The position numbers and the translations under genes are program-made. Shown here piece by piece: positions 31,385 through 41,128 of a stretch of DNA of 64,000 nucleotides. The notes under the pieces are model-generated. The model did no database searches and was not told the DNA's origin. It was given only the letters and a program-made list of their open reading frames with translations. Source of the DNA: Spirochaetia bacterium (GTDB lineage: Bacteria; Spirochaetota; Spirochaetia; SZUA-6; Bin103); NCBI GenBank assembly GCA_965203905.1, contig CBDBDQ010000005.1, positions 3,104,001 through 3,168,000 on the forward strand. The letters run 5' to 3'. The stretch's first letter is position 1. Each line of letters starts with the position of its first letter.

Positions 31385-33430
31385 CTACTCGTCGATGTAC
31401 CACTGCTCAGGAACGTAGTACTCCGTCTGCATGTTGGAGGGCACGTTCTTGATCCGCTTGTGGGTGATGAAGGGCCACACCCAGTCGCCCACGGTACCGA
31501 TAAAGAACAGGTTCTCCTTGTGGACGTTGACGATCTCGCGCGCCAGACGGTCGCGTTCCGCCTCGTTGGGCGCCACCGACATCTCGTCCCACAACTCGTA
31601 GATGCGCTTCACCTCGGCCGGCGGCTCTTCGCCTTCTTCACCCTTGCTCACGTACCACCTGGCCCATAGCGGGCCCCAGTTGTGGACCACGCCGTTGCCC
31701 CAGTTGTACGCCAGCAGCACCTCGGGTGCCCCGATCCACGGCCCGAGCTGGGTGTACCAGGCCGACGGCGCGCTCACCATCAGATCGTTGGCGGAGGCCT
31801 TCTCCACGTACGGGCCGCCCCCGGCGACGTTGTTCACCTGGGCGCGGATGCCGACCGCCTCCCACTGCAGGGCGACCATCTCCATGACCGACCCCCAGGG
31901 CGCGAACCAGTTGCCGCTGGTGATCTCCAGCGTCTCGATGGGCGAGCCGTCCGGGTAGGTGCGGAACCCGTCGCCGCCGCGCGTCAGGCCGAGGCCGTCG
32001 AGCAGGCGGTTGGCTTCATCCACGTCCTGCACCGTGTAGGCGTTCTCCCAGTCGCTGTCGTAGTAGGGGTCGGTCGCCAACGGCGCCGGCTGCCGCGGAT
32101 GGGCTCGACCGAGGAAGAACGCCTCGTTGATCTCGTCGCGGTTGATGGCAAGCGAGAGTGCCACGCGGAAGTCCTTCTCGCGGAACAGCATCCGCAACGG
32201 TTCGCTGTGCGGATAGTTCATATTGAAGAAGATGCCCGGCGAGCCGGCGGCGAACTGCCGGATCAGCCCCACCTGGTAGTTGTTGACGCTGGCGTTGGCC
32301 ACGTACAGTGCCAGGTCCTTGACGCCGAGGCCGCGGTCGCCGCGGTCGATCTCGCCCGACTGCGCCTTGGCCTTGTACACCTCCACGTCGGAGACCACGT
32401 CGACGAACGAGCGGTCCATGTAGGGGAGCTGGTTGCCGGCGGTATCGATCTTCCAGTAGTAGGGATTGCGTTCGAAGATGATCGCCTGATCCACTTCGGT
32501 GGTGCGCACCCACGGCCGCAGGGTCGGGACCTCGGGGTCCACCTTCCACGCGTTGCCGCCGCCGTGGAACTGGAACAACTGGTTCCACAGCTCGAAACCG
32601 CGGTCCGTGACCATGGCGCTCAAGGTTGCGGCTGCGGCGTGGTCCTCATGGAACTGCTTGAGGTAGTGCGCGGGCCGCCACGGATAGAGCTCGGCACCGC
32701 CCGAGAAGAAATTGATGACGAGTGTGTTGGGACCAGAGAACTCGATCTGGAAGGTGTGGTCGTCCACTTTGCGGAACGTCGCCGGATCGCCTCCCGAGGT
32801 GAGCTGCGGCGGCGGGCCGCCGGGCGAGAGGTCGTCGTTGAGCTGGATGTCGTTCCACCAGAACAGAATGTCGTCCGTGGTAAAGGGCGCGCCGTCGGAC
32901 CACTTCACGCCACGCCGGATGTTGAAGGTGTAAGTGCGGAAGTCCGCGGAGTTGCTCCAACTGGTGGCGATGTAAGGCAGAATCTTGCCGTTGGCGCTGC
33001 CCTGGCGGTACAGCAGGTTACCGTACTGGCCGGCATTGATGGAGTGTTGCGCCTCGCCCACGCCGGTCCCAATTAGACGGAAGGTGCCGCCGTGCTTGCC
33101 GACGTTGTCCAGGGGCACCACCACGTACGGTTCATCCGGAAGGCGCTCCTCGACCGGCGGCAGCTTGCCCGCGTTCACCCGCTCGGTGAGCATGGGTGAC
33201 TCCGCGAACGAGGTGATGTCGTTGCCGGTGGCGGCCTTGTAGTCGGCGATGGTGCTGAACTGCTCGATGTAGTACACGCCGTCGGGCGTCACCGGCCCAC
33301 GTGCCTCCAGCAGGTCGCCGGGTTGTCCGCCGCGGCTCGAGCCGGCGGACTCCGCGTCAGCTCCAGCGAACGCGGCACCGGCAACGACACACGACAACAG
33401 GACGGTGAGCCAATTGATGACAGATCTCAT
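31385..33430 (-). CDS. ABC substrate-binding protein, family 5
   Basis: Signal peptide; LPPVEERLP, VKWSDGAPFT and RNPYYWKIDTAGNQLPY motifs. Confidence 0.92.
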   Translation of the reverse strand: MRSVINWLTVLLSCVVAGAAFAGADAESAGSSRGGQPGDLLEARGPVTPDGVYYIEQFSTIADYKAATGNDITSFAESPMLTERVNAGKLPPVEERLPDEPYVVVPLDNVGKHGGTFRLIGTGVGEAQHSINAGQYGNLLYRQGSANGKILPYIATSWSNSADFRTYTFNIRRGVKWSDGAPFTTDDILFWWNDIQLNDDLSPGGPPPQLTSGGDPATFRKVDDHTFQIEFSGPNTLVINFFSGGAELYPWRPAHYLKQFHEDHAAAATLSAMVTDRGFELWNQLFQFHGGGNAWKVDPEVPTLRPWVRTTEVDQAIIFERNPYYWKIDTAGNQLPYMDRSFVDVVSDVEVYKAKAQSGEIDRGDRGLGVKDLALYVANASVNNYQVGLIRQFAAGSPGIFFNMNYPHSEPLRMLFREKDFRVALSLAINRDEINEAFFLGRAHPRQPAPLATDPYYDSDWENAYTVQDVDEANRLLDGLGLTRGGDGFRTYPDGSPIETLEITSGNWFAPWGSVMEMVALQWEAVGIRAQVNNVAGGGPYVEKASANDLMVSAPSAWYTQLGPWIGAPEVLLAYNWGNGVVHNWGPLWARWYVSKGEEGEEPPAEVKRIYELWDEMSVAPNEAERDRLAREIVNVHKENLFFIGTVGDWVWPFITHKRIKNVPSNMQTEYYVPEQWYIDE

Positions 33431-33499
33431 CACGGTCTCTCCTTGCGCTTGTCGCTTGTTATTTGCACGCCGCCCGGGCATGCGAAGCGATAACTGACG

Positions 33500-33528
33500 A
33501 CCGTACTGCGGCCGCCACCATCTGTCAA
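33500..33528 (-). promoter_or_regulatory. Putative sigma70 promoter
   Basis: Minus strand TTGACA, 17 nt spacer, TACGGT, 70 bp upstream of the binding-protein start. Confidence 0.5.
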
Positions 33529-33637
33529 ATGCGCGAATGCTTGAATGCTTGAGTGCCTGCCCTGCCTGTCCCTTGTCACGTGAGGTCGACAGTATGAGAC
33601 AACCTTCAGGATCGCTTGGCCGCGCTCCTCCCTGCGG

Positions 33638-35188
33638 TCAGGCGCGCTCCGTCTCGAACGCAACGACGTTGCGTTGCTCGCGGCTGTACTCCAAGCCGAT
33701 CAGGTGAATCTCCTTCGCCTCCACACGGTACTTGTCCGCATAGCCCTTGGCCTGCAACTGCGCCAGCGCCGAGCCTTCCGGCGCCTGCTCGACCACCTTG
33801 AACTCGAACAGGTACACGGCGCCGGCAAACCGGACCGCCAGGTCGGCGCGCCCCCGACTACTCGCATCCTCGACCGTGATGTCCAGCCCCACCGCCGCCA
33901 ACCAGGCATAGAATACGCTCGCGTAGTACCCCTCGTAGCGGGCGCTCTCGTTGCGCGTGTGCCACTCGTAGGGAATGCCGGCGAACAGACCGCGCACCAA
34001 CTCCTCGATCCCCGCGAAGTCGTTCGTGCCGAGCCGCTCCGCCAGCCTCAGGTCGGGGCGCCGGCCTGCGCACTCCGGCGGCGTCAGGGCCGCCAGCAGG
34101 CTCCGGTTCAGGCTGCGGCGCACCTCGTAGTTCGGGTAACCCAGCCGATACAGGGCGCTGCCGTCGAACGCTTGTTCCTCCCCGAGGATCGTCAGGTAGC
34201 CGCTCTGGAACAGCAGCGCCTCCGGCGCCACGTCCTTTACGTCGAACTTCGACAGCAGATCGTCATCACTGCGCAGGCCGTCCAGCGAAGTGATGTCCAC
34301 GCGCCGTTGCAGCAGCGTCTCGACCAGGAACGCGGGGGTGCCGGTCTCGAACCAGTAAGGGCGGAAGCGGCGGCTGCGGAATAGCTGCAGGAGGTCGAAG
34401 GGGTTGTACACCGGCTCCTCGCCCAGCCAGCGGTACCCGTTGTACCAGCGGCGGATCTGGTCCCGGTCCAGGCCGGGCAGTTCCGGTGCGAATACCCTGT
34501 CCAGGTCGGCCTCCGTGTAGCCGCAGATCGCGGAGTACACGGAGTCGAGCGTGATGTCGATGGGGTTGTTGGCTCCTGAGAACAGGCTGACCTTGCTGAA
34601 CTTGCTCACTCCGGTCAGGAAGCTGAACTTGAGGTAGGCGTCGCTGGTCTTGGTAACCGAGTACAGGCCGGCCAGATAGTCGCGGTTGGCTTCCGCCACT
34701 TCCGGCCACTTCAGCGCGTCCAGGATCGGCTTGTCGTACTCGTCCACCAGCACCACCGCGCGCTGGCCGGAACCACGGTGCAACGCCGCGATCAGCCAGG
34801 CAAGCCGCTCCGGGGCGGTGGCGTAGCCGGAGCGGAGCCCTGTCCTCTCTTCAATGGCGTCCAGTTGCGCCATGACGTTGGCGTGCAGACCTCCCGGCTC
34901 GCGGAAGTGGCCGGTACCGAAGTCGAGCCGCACCACCGGATGGCGCACCGACCAGTCGGGCCACGTGTCGTGCACGGCCAGCCCGCGGAACAGCGGCTCG
35001 TTGCCCTCGAACAGCTCCTTGAGGGTATCCACGAACAGGCTCTTCCCGAACCGCCGGGGCCGCGACAGGAAGTAGTGCTTGCCTTCGTCGACCAGCCGTT
35101 GCGCGTAGGCGGTCTTGTCGACGTAGTAGTGGCTCTCCTCGCGAATCTCGCGGAAGGTCTGAATGCCCAGCGGAAGCTTGCGTTTCAT
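33638..35188 (-). CDS. AAA-ATPase-like / PD-(D/E)XK nuclease family protein (intact)
   Basis: KLPLGIQTF, YVDKT, RPRRFGKS, VDEYDKP, WYNGY and GRADL..YLFEFK motifs. Confidence 0.9.
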   Translation of the reverse strand: MKRKLPLGIQTFREIREESHYYVDKTAYAQRLVDEGKHYFLSRPRRFGKSLFVDTLKELFEGNEPLFRGLAVHDTWPDWSVRHPVVRLDFGTGHFREPGGLHANVMAQLDAIEERTGLRSGYATAPERLAWLIAALHRGSGQRAVVLVDEYDKPILDALKWPEVAEANRDYLAGLYSVTKTSDAYLKFSFLTGVSKFSKVSLFSGANNPIDITLDSVYSAICGYTEADLDRVFAPELPGLDRDQIRRWYNGYRWLGEEPVYNPFDLLQLFRSRRFRPYWFETGTPAFLVETLLQRRVDITSLDGLRSDDDLLSKFDVKDVAPEALLFQSGYLTILGEEQAFDGSALYRLGYPNYEVRRSLNRSLLAALTPPECAGRRPDLRLAERLGTNDFAGIEELVRGLFAGIPYEWHTRNESARYEGYYASVFYAWLAAVGLDITVEDASSRGRADLAVRFAGAVYLFEFKVVEQAPEGSALAQLQAKGYADKYRVEAKEIHLIGLEYSREQRNVVAFETERA

Positions 35189-35207
35189 CGTCGTCTGCGG
35201 ACGACGG

Positions 35208-36101
35208 CTAGGCGGATGGTGGGGCGTCCTCGACGCCGAACTTGGCGAAGAAGTGCTGTGCGGTCTGGTAGCAGCGGGTGGCGGCAGCACGTACGCTGAG
35301 GCCCTGGACGCTCTTGGTATCGGGCGGCACCCCGGGCATGAACGGACCGTCGTAATCGACTTCCACCAGGTAGGTCATGAAGGCGTCCAGATCGATCACC
35401 CCGTCGCCGGCAAACTCCCGTTCCCAGTCCTGGTAGTCGGCCGGGGCCACTCCCGCGGGAGCATCGCAGAAGTGGATGTAGGTGACCATTCCGGGCGGCA
35501 GCGCGCGCAGGTCCGCGAGGGTCTCGCCGGAGGCGTGCCAGTGCCAGCTATCGAGCAGAATGCCGACGTTGTCCTGGCCGATGGCGTCGATCAGCTCCAC
35601 CAACTGCGCCATGGTGTGGATGAACTCATGGTTCTTGCCTGCCCGCAGCGAAGACGGTCCCATCCACTCCAATGACAGGCTGATGCCGAACTCCCTCGCG
35701 AGCTTCGCCACCGGCTGCAGGCGGCTCACGTGCCAGTCGAAGTTCTCCCGATAGTCGCGGCTGTCCGACCAGGAGTGCAGGAAGGTGAAGATGCGCGGAC
35801 AGCCGATGCCGCGGCTCACCTTGCACAGCAGTGGCAACTTCTCCAACAACCCGCGGTGTTCGGCATCGCTTCCGCGCCAGGTCTCGGTGAGCTGCCACCC
35901 GGCCGGGACCACGTTGCGGCGTGCAAACCGGTCGCGCAGGTGGTCGATCCCGTGGCTTTGGTAGATCTCCAGCATGGTATCGCGCACGCCCAGGTCGAGA
36001 TCCATTCCCCGATAGCCGATCGATGCCGCCAGCTCGATGTCCTCGTCGAAGCTCATCTCCCAGCCACCCTTGAATTCCCATACGGTCACTACCGAAAACA
36101 T
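35208..36101 (-). CDS. Sugar phosphate isomerase/epimerase (xylose-isomerase-like TIM barrel)
   Basis: LSLE, GILLDSWHW, HFCD and GDGVID motifs. Confidence 0.85.
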   Translation of the reverse strand: MFSVVTVWEFKGGWEMSFDEDIELAASIGYRGMDLDLGVRDTMLEIYQSHGIDHLRDRFARRNVVPAGWQLTETWRGSDAEHRGLLEKLPLLCKVSRGIGCPRIFTFLHSWSDSRDYRENFDWHVSRLQPVAKLAREFGISLSLEWMGPSSLRAGKNHEFIHTMAQLVELIDAIGQDNVGILLDSWHWHASGETLADLRALPPGMVTYIHFCDAPAGVAPADYQDWEREFAGDGVIDLDAFMTYLVEVDYDGPFMPGVPPDTKSVQGLSVRAAATRCYQTAQHFFAKFGVEDAPPSA

Positions 36102-36103
36102 CT

Positions 36104-37237
36104 CTAAGTCCTCCCGTCGTTGTTCGACCGGCGGTCGCCGGCCAATGCATTCGCATGCAGCCGCGTAAGGATCGCGCCGACATCCGGGTCTTGCGCCAAC
36201 GGCAGCGCCACGGCACGGTGGCTGTCCGCCGCCTGGTAGAAGGCCACCACCGCTTCAATCGAACGCAGGCCGTCGTTGCCGTCGGGCCGGAATCGATCTC
36301 CTGAACTGACGCAGCGCACAAATTCGTCGATCATCTGCTTGTACTGGTAGCGCGCGAAATTCAGCGTCGACACCTGCATGATGCGCCACTCGCGGGCGGA
36401 ATTGTTCCACACGTGCACGCCCGGCAGTTCGAAGCGCAGGTTGCCGAACGCCTTCACCGTCCCGTTGCGGCCATAGACCCAGAACTCCTCAATGTGGCCA
36501 TTATAGTCGAACGGCCCGATCCAACTGGTCTCCACCAGCGCCTGCAACCCCGAGTCGGTGTGCAGCGTGGCAACCGCGTGCTCTTCCACTTCGAGGCGGT
36601 CGGGATTGAAGAGCTGCATCGAGCCCTGCACCGACCGCAACTCGGTGTCGAGGGTCCAGGGAATGAGGTCCAGGAAGTGGGACCCGACATCCTGGAACAC
36701 CCCGCCGCCGGTGTAGCGCCTGGTGCGAAACCCGCTCCATTCCACCGTGGCGACCCAGTGGATGCGCACGAACAGAGGCTCGCCGATCTCGCCATCGCGG
36801 ATCAGCTTGCGCGCGAGGCGAAACTCCTCGCTGAAGCGCTTGTCCAGGGCGATGCCGAGCATTCGGCCACTGGCGCTCGCGGCGTCGATCATCCGCCGGC
36901 AGTCCGCCGGGGTGGGCGCCATCGGCTTTTCGCACAGCACGTCGCAGCCGGCCGCGAGACAGCGCATGGTGTGGGCGGCGTGCAGGTGCACCGGGGTAGC
37001 GACGCTGACCAGGCGCGGCCGTTCGCGTTCCAGCATCGTGTCCAGGTCCTGGTACGGACGGCCACCCCACTGCGCCGCCGCATCCGCAGCACGCCCGGGA
37101 TCGGCGTCGACCAGCCCCGCCAGTTCTACTTCTGGATGGGTTGCGTACCAGGCAATGTGATTGTAGACGCCGGCCCCGCCGCATCCCACCACGGCGGCCC
37201 GCACCCGTTCGCCGTCACCCATGACCGCGTCCACCAT
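36104..37237 (-). CDS. Gfo/Idh/MocA oxidoreductase
   Basis: AVVGCG, VLCEKPMA and GGGVFQDVGSHFLD motifs; start at 37237 or 37222. Confidence 0.92.
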   Translation of the reverse strand: MVDAVMGDGERVRAAVVGCGGAGVYNHIAWYATHPEVELAGLVDADPGRAADAAAQWGGRPYQDLDTMLERERPRLVSVATPVHLHAAHTMRCLAAGCDVLCEKPMAPTPADCRRMIDAASASGRMLGIALDKRFSEEFRLARKLIRDGEIGEPLFVRIHWVATVEWSGFRTRRYTGGGVFQDVGSHFLDLIPWTLDTELRSVQGSMQLFNPDRLEVEEHAVATLHTDSGLQALVETSWIGPFDYNGHIEEFWVYGRNGTVKAFGNLRFELPGVHVWNNSAREWRIMQVSTLNFARYQYKQMIDEFVRCVSSGDRFRPDGNDGLRSIEAVVAFYQAADSHRAVALPLAQDPDVGAILTRLHANALAGDRRSNNDGRT

Positions 37238-37254
37238 ACCACCGCACCGTTCTT

Positions 37255-37323
37255 GCGGCCACGCCTGAAGCGATTCCGCTGACCGAAGCGCAGTGCGCGG
37301 AACTGGACCGACGGCTGGACGAC
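37255..37323 (+). repeat. 69-bp copy of an internal part of the addiction-module antitoxin gene
   Basis: 68/69 identical to 40988-41056. Confidence 0.9.
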
Positions 37324-37337
37324 CCTCCTGACATCGC

Positions 37338-37532
37338 CTACTGCTGGTAGGGGGCCGCCGCATCGCGGAGACCATCGCACTTCAGCTTTGGCCCCGGATT
37401 CAATACTATACGACTAGATTCCCGTTCATGTTTGCGGAGCGCTTGAGCAATGCGCCCGAGATCATTGCCATGTTCTGCGGCGTGGGCTCTACGATGTCGT
37501 CTGATCTCTTCAACAATGGGGTCTTCAATCAT
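37338..37532 (-). CDS. Small PIN-associated antitoxin-like protein
   Basis: DPIVEEIRR.R..HA....NDL motif; overlaps the PIN gene stop. Confidence 0.65.
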   Translation of the reverse strand: MIEDPIVEEIRRHRRAHAAEHGNDLGRIAQALRKHERESSRIVLNPGPKLKCDGLRDAAAPYQQ

Positions 37533-37785
37533 CTGAGGTTCCTCCGAGCTCATCCGGCGAACAGATCTGTGGACATACAAAACCACGTGATTCAATCACT
37601 TCCGCAATAGCTGACTTCGTTTCAGCATTGTTGATATGACGAAAGTTCCAAGTCAGAAGGTAATCAGACCCCTGTGCGACAGCGATCGCGATGTGCAACG
37701 CATCCTCCTCACTTCCGACCGGAATAGCTCCATCGGATGCCAAGTAGCTCACTATCGATGACTCGATGTAGACCGACGGTTTCAT
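37525..37785 (-). pseudogene. PIN/VapC-type toxin with a large in-frame internal deletion
   Basis: VYIESSIVSYLA joined directly to GAIP..EDALHIAIA..YLLTWNFRHINNA; only 86 aa. Confidence 0.75.
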
Positions 37786-37844
37786 GGATCAGCCTCGCGC
37801 AGAGGGAAAGAAACAGTAGCGCCGCTGTGTACCGGTGGCTGTTG

Positions 37845-37920
37845 GCATCCCGCCATGGCGGCCCGCAGCCGCTCCCCGTCACCCAAGACCGCGCTCTCAC
37901 TATACCACCGCACCGCGGCC
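37845..37920 (-). repeat. Diverged scrap copy of the Gfo/Idh/MocA 5' end
   Basis: Aligns to 37181-37260 (GDGER.RAA..GC). Confidence 0.75.
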
Positions 37921-37979
37921 GCCATGTGTGCCACCGACCGGGCTAAGACGAAGTTGGTCGAGCGGGTGGGCGAATGCCA

Positions 37980-38500
37980 ATAGCGGTACCTGCAGGGAGG
38001 CCGCAAGCAAGTGCTTGAGGAAGGTCGGGAGCACGGTGTCGAGCCGCAACGGATACTGCTCTGACGGATGGCGGCGTCGCGCTTCGGTGCGGATATCGCC
38101 GCTACCTGGCCAGCGTCTTGGCGCGCCGATCGTTGAGCCGGAACGTCTTGCCGAGGTAGGTGAGTGGCTGGTGCGCTGCGAGCGTAGCTTTGAAGGCGGG
38201 ACTGGTGGAGAAGAGATCGGGGACGATGGCACCCACCAAGTAGATACGCACAGTACGAAGGCGCCGGCGATGGCGAGCTTGTGCTTCTTGAACTTGTGCG
38301 CCATCAGCGTCCAACTGGACGCAACGAACGACTCCTCCAGTCTGCTGGCCTCCCGATCTTCGCTGATGAGCTCGCTTATCCGGTATACCTCTGCCCAGCT
38401 CAGTGCCGTTCGAAGCGGATCCTGGGGTCCACGACGATCAGCAGAATATCGGAGATGAACGTCCCTAAGACCCCGAGCGCCCCGATCAGCGCCGGCCACT
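37980..38500 (-). pseudogene. Heavily deleted dppB-3'/dppC-like permease remnants
   Basis: GTFISDILLIVVDPRIRFE, then VASSWTLMAHKFKKHKLA, EQYPLRL and VLPTFLKHL fragments. Confidence 0.7.
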
Positions 38501-38567
38501 GTCCGGTTCCCGCGCTAACTTGACCGCACCTGGGATCGCGCTTACTGTCTCGAAAGCCGGAGGATTC

Positions 38568-39800
38568 ATGAGTACCGTAATGATGGAAGAGGCGCAACTC
38601 GACCGGGAACTGCGCCGGTTGTTCGGGTCGCAGGCGCTCAGCGAGGGACCGCTGGCCGCCAGCGGCGCCGGGCGGCGTCTTCTCGGCATCGACTTGCGGC
38701 AGCGGCTCGGGCCGGAGCAGGTTTCTCTGCTGGTCGATGCGCTGAGCCGGTTCCGTATCCTGTGCCTCCCGGGGCAGGACCTGGCCTCGTTTTCGTTGTC
38801 CGACTTCGAGCGCTTCGCCAACCACTGGGGCGCACCGGTACCGCATCCGAGCAACTTCCTGCGCGGCGGCAAGCCCGCCCAGTCGGACGGCGCTACGTCC
38901 GGCAAGATCGAGGTGATGCCGTTCGTGCAGCGCAAGGCGGCCAAGGTGAACGCGGCGTTCCCGAACCAACTCCAGTGCCTGCCGCACGAGTCGCCGGCGG
39001 TCCTGGTGGTCGCCAACTTCCAGGGCAACGGCGCTGCGCGTCGGGATGGCGTCAGCACCGGCATGGGCGGCTCCTGGCATACCGACATCGAGTACGAGCC
39101 GCTGCCGATATACGTCTCGATGTTTCTCGTCCACCACATGCCGGTGCGGCGCGATGCGCCGGGCGGCACCTGGGTGCAACCCCTGGATCTGTCCGGCGAG
39201 CCCGATCCGAGCCCCTACTTCGGGGGCTCTGACCCGGAGTTGATCCGGCTGCGCAAGACGCTCCCAGTGAACGGCGAGACCGCGTTCGCGGATGCCGCCG
39301 GGGCGTTCGCGGCGCTGCCGCCGGAGCGGCAGGCGCTGCTGGAGCAGACGCGGGTTAGGCGCCGGCTGAACGAAGGCGACGAGGGCTGGCTGGCGCCGCT
39401 GGTCCGTACCAACCCGCGCTCTGGAATCAAGTCGCTGCACAGCCCAATCTGGGCTTCGCGGCCCGGAGTGCGCCCGGCGATCGAGGTCGACGGCATGTCG
39501 AGCGAGGAGTCGCGGGCCTTTCTCGACGAGCTGGAGGCGCACGTGCTGCAACCGCAGTTCCGCTACGACCACCTGCACGTGCCCGGCGACGTGACGCTGT
39601 GGGACAACTACATGACCCTGCACAACACGCCGCTGCTGAAGAGGAACATCGACTCGATCGACGATGCGCGCCTGCTCTACCGCCTGAGTTGCAAGGGCGA
39701 ACCGGCGCTGACCCTGCCGCGCAATGACCCGCCGGAGTGGATCGCCGCGCACATCAACGCCGGCTACACCACTCCCCCCGCGGTCATCGACGCAACCTGA
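38568..39800 (+). CDS. TauD/TfdA family Fe(II)/2-oxoglutarate dioxygenase
   Basis: WHTD, GETAFAD, PLVRTNP.SG.KSL, GDVTLWDN..TLH and LLYR motifs. Confidence 0.85.
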   Translation: MSTVMMEEAQLDRELRRLFGSQALSEGPLAASGAGRRLLGIDLRQRLGPEQVSLLVDALSRFRILCLPGQDLASFSLSDFERFANHWGAPVPHPSNFLRGGKPAQSDGATSGKIEVMPFVQRKAAKVNAAFPNQLQCLPHESPAVLVVANFQGNGAARRDGVSTGMGGSWHTDIEYEPLPIYVSMFLVHHMPVRRDAPGGTWVQPLDLSGEPDPSPYFGGSDPELIRLRKTLPVNGETAFADAAGAFAALPPERQALLEQTRVRRRLNEGDEGWLAPLVRTNPRSGIKSLHSPIWASRPGVRPAIEVDGMSSEESRAFLDELEAHVLQPQFRYDHLHVPGDVTLWDNYMTLHNTPLLKRNIDSIDDARLLYRLSCKGEPALTLPRNDPPEWIAAHINAGYTTPPAVIDAT

Positions 39801-39999
39801 GCCCGGCGACAGGTCTGGCCCGCCGATCCCGCTGACTTGCTGGGCTGGTTGCTGCCGCCTACAAACCTCCTATAGTGGCGGGTTGACAACTTCACCTGAC
39901 GAGGAGGGAGACACGAGAATCCAGTCTCTCTGGTATGCACCGTGCTGTTACTTGGCGTTCCGTTCGCGTTGTTCGCAGGCACCCAGGAGGAGTCGTCCG

Positions 40000-40775
40000 C
40001 TGCTCCGCAGCCATGAGTATCGCCTGCTGGGGCTGTTCCCCACCCGGGTGCACCTGTTCGGGGTGGAGCGGCCGGGCGTGGTGGCGCTGTTCGGCACGGA
40101 CCACCTGGGGCGCGACATCTTCTCCCGCACCCTGATCGCCACCAGGATCTCGTGCTCCATCGGCCTGGTGAGCATCTGCATCAGTCTGCTGCTGGGGCTG
40201 GTGATCGGAGCGATCTCCGGCCTGTTCGGCGGGGTCGCCGACCTGCTCATCCAGAAGGTGATCGAGGTGCTGGCGTCGATTCCGGGCATTCCGCTGTGGC
40301 TGGGCCTGGCCGCCGCCTTTCCCAGGCACTGGTCGGCGCTGATGGTGTACTTCGCCATTACCGTGGTGCTGTCGCTGCAGGGCTGGATCGGCGTGGCGCG
40401 CGTGGTGCGCGGCAAGTTCCTGTCCCTCAAGGAGGAGGATTACATCATGGCGGCCCGCAACTTCGGCGCCGGAAGCTGGCACGTCATCGTGCGCCACATG
40501 ATCCCCAACTTCATGAGCTACGTGATCGTGAGCGTGACCCCCTGTCGATCCCGAGCATGATCATCGGCGAGACCGCACTGAGCTTTCTCGGCATCGGGCT
40601 GCGGCCGCCCATCGTAAGCTGGGGCGTGCTGCTGCAGGCCGCCCAGAACCTGCACTCCATCGTCGACTATCCCTGGACCCTGATACCCGCGCTGTTCGTG
40701 ATCGCCATCGTGCTGGCCTTCAACTTCGCCGGCGACGGGCTGCGCGACGCCGCCGATCCGTACAGCCGCACCTGA
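40000..40775 (+). pseudogene. 5'-truncated, frameshifted DppC-like permease
   Basis: GTDHLGRD..; +1 frameshift in a C-run near 40540; ends GDGLRDAADPY. Confidence 0.85.
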
Positions 40776-40797
40776 CACCGCCGGCCGGCGAGGCCGT

Positions 40798-40880
40798 CGG
40801 ATCAGCGTGCACGCGATGCGAAACTCCTCGCTGAAGCGCCTGTCCAGGGCGACGCCGAGCCAACAACTGCAGCTCCGAGG
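40798..40880 (-). repeat. Second scrap copy of the Gfo/Idh/MocA gene
   Basis: 40798-40860 matches 36798-36860 with 5 mismatches; adjacent sequence encodes GAAVVG. Confidence 0.8.
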
Positions 40881-40906
40881 GCTGGGGGGCAGGATATACT
40901 GCCGGC

Positions 40907-41128
40907 ATGACCAGACGTGGTGTAGACATCGCATCGATGACGGCGCAGGAGCGCCTGAGCCTTCTGGACGCGCTCTGGGACAGCTTGGCGGCCACGCCTG
41001 AAGCGATTCCGCTGACCGAAGCGCAGTGTGCGGAACTGGACCGACGGCTGGACGACTTGGAGGTCGAGGGTCCGGTCGGCATTCCCTGGGAGGAGGTTCT
41101 CAGCCGAATCAGCAGTCCGCGCCGGTGA
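40907..41128 (+). CDS. Addiction module antitoxin component (TIGR02574-like)
   Basis: ERLSLLDALWDSL..LTEAQCAELDRRL..GIPWEEV motif. Confidence 0.85.
   Translation: MTRRGVDIASMTAQERLSLLDALWDSLAATPEAIPLTEAQCAELDRRLDDLEVEGPVGIPWEEVLSRISSPRR

Noticed and set aside
33533-33570. GAATGCTT x2 and TGCC repeats upstream of the Opp promoter
   Set aside because: Too short and degenerate to call an operator
37255-41056. Possible diversity-generating retroelement template/variable repeat pair
   Set aside because: No reverse transcriptase in the window and mismatches are not adenine-specific
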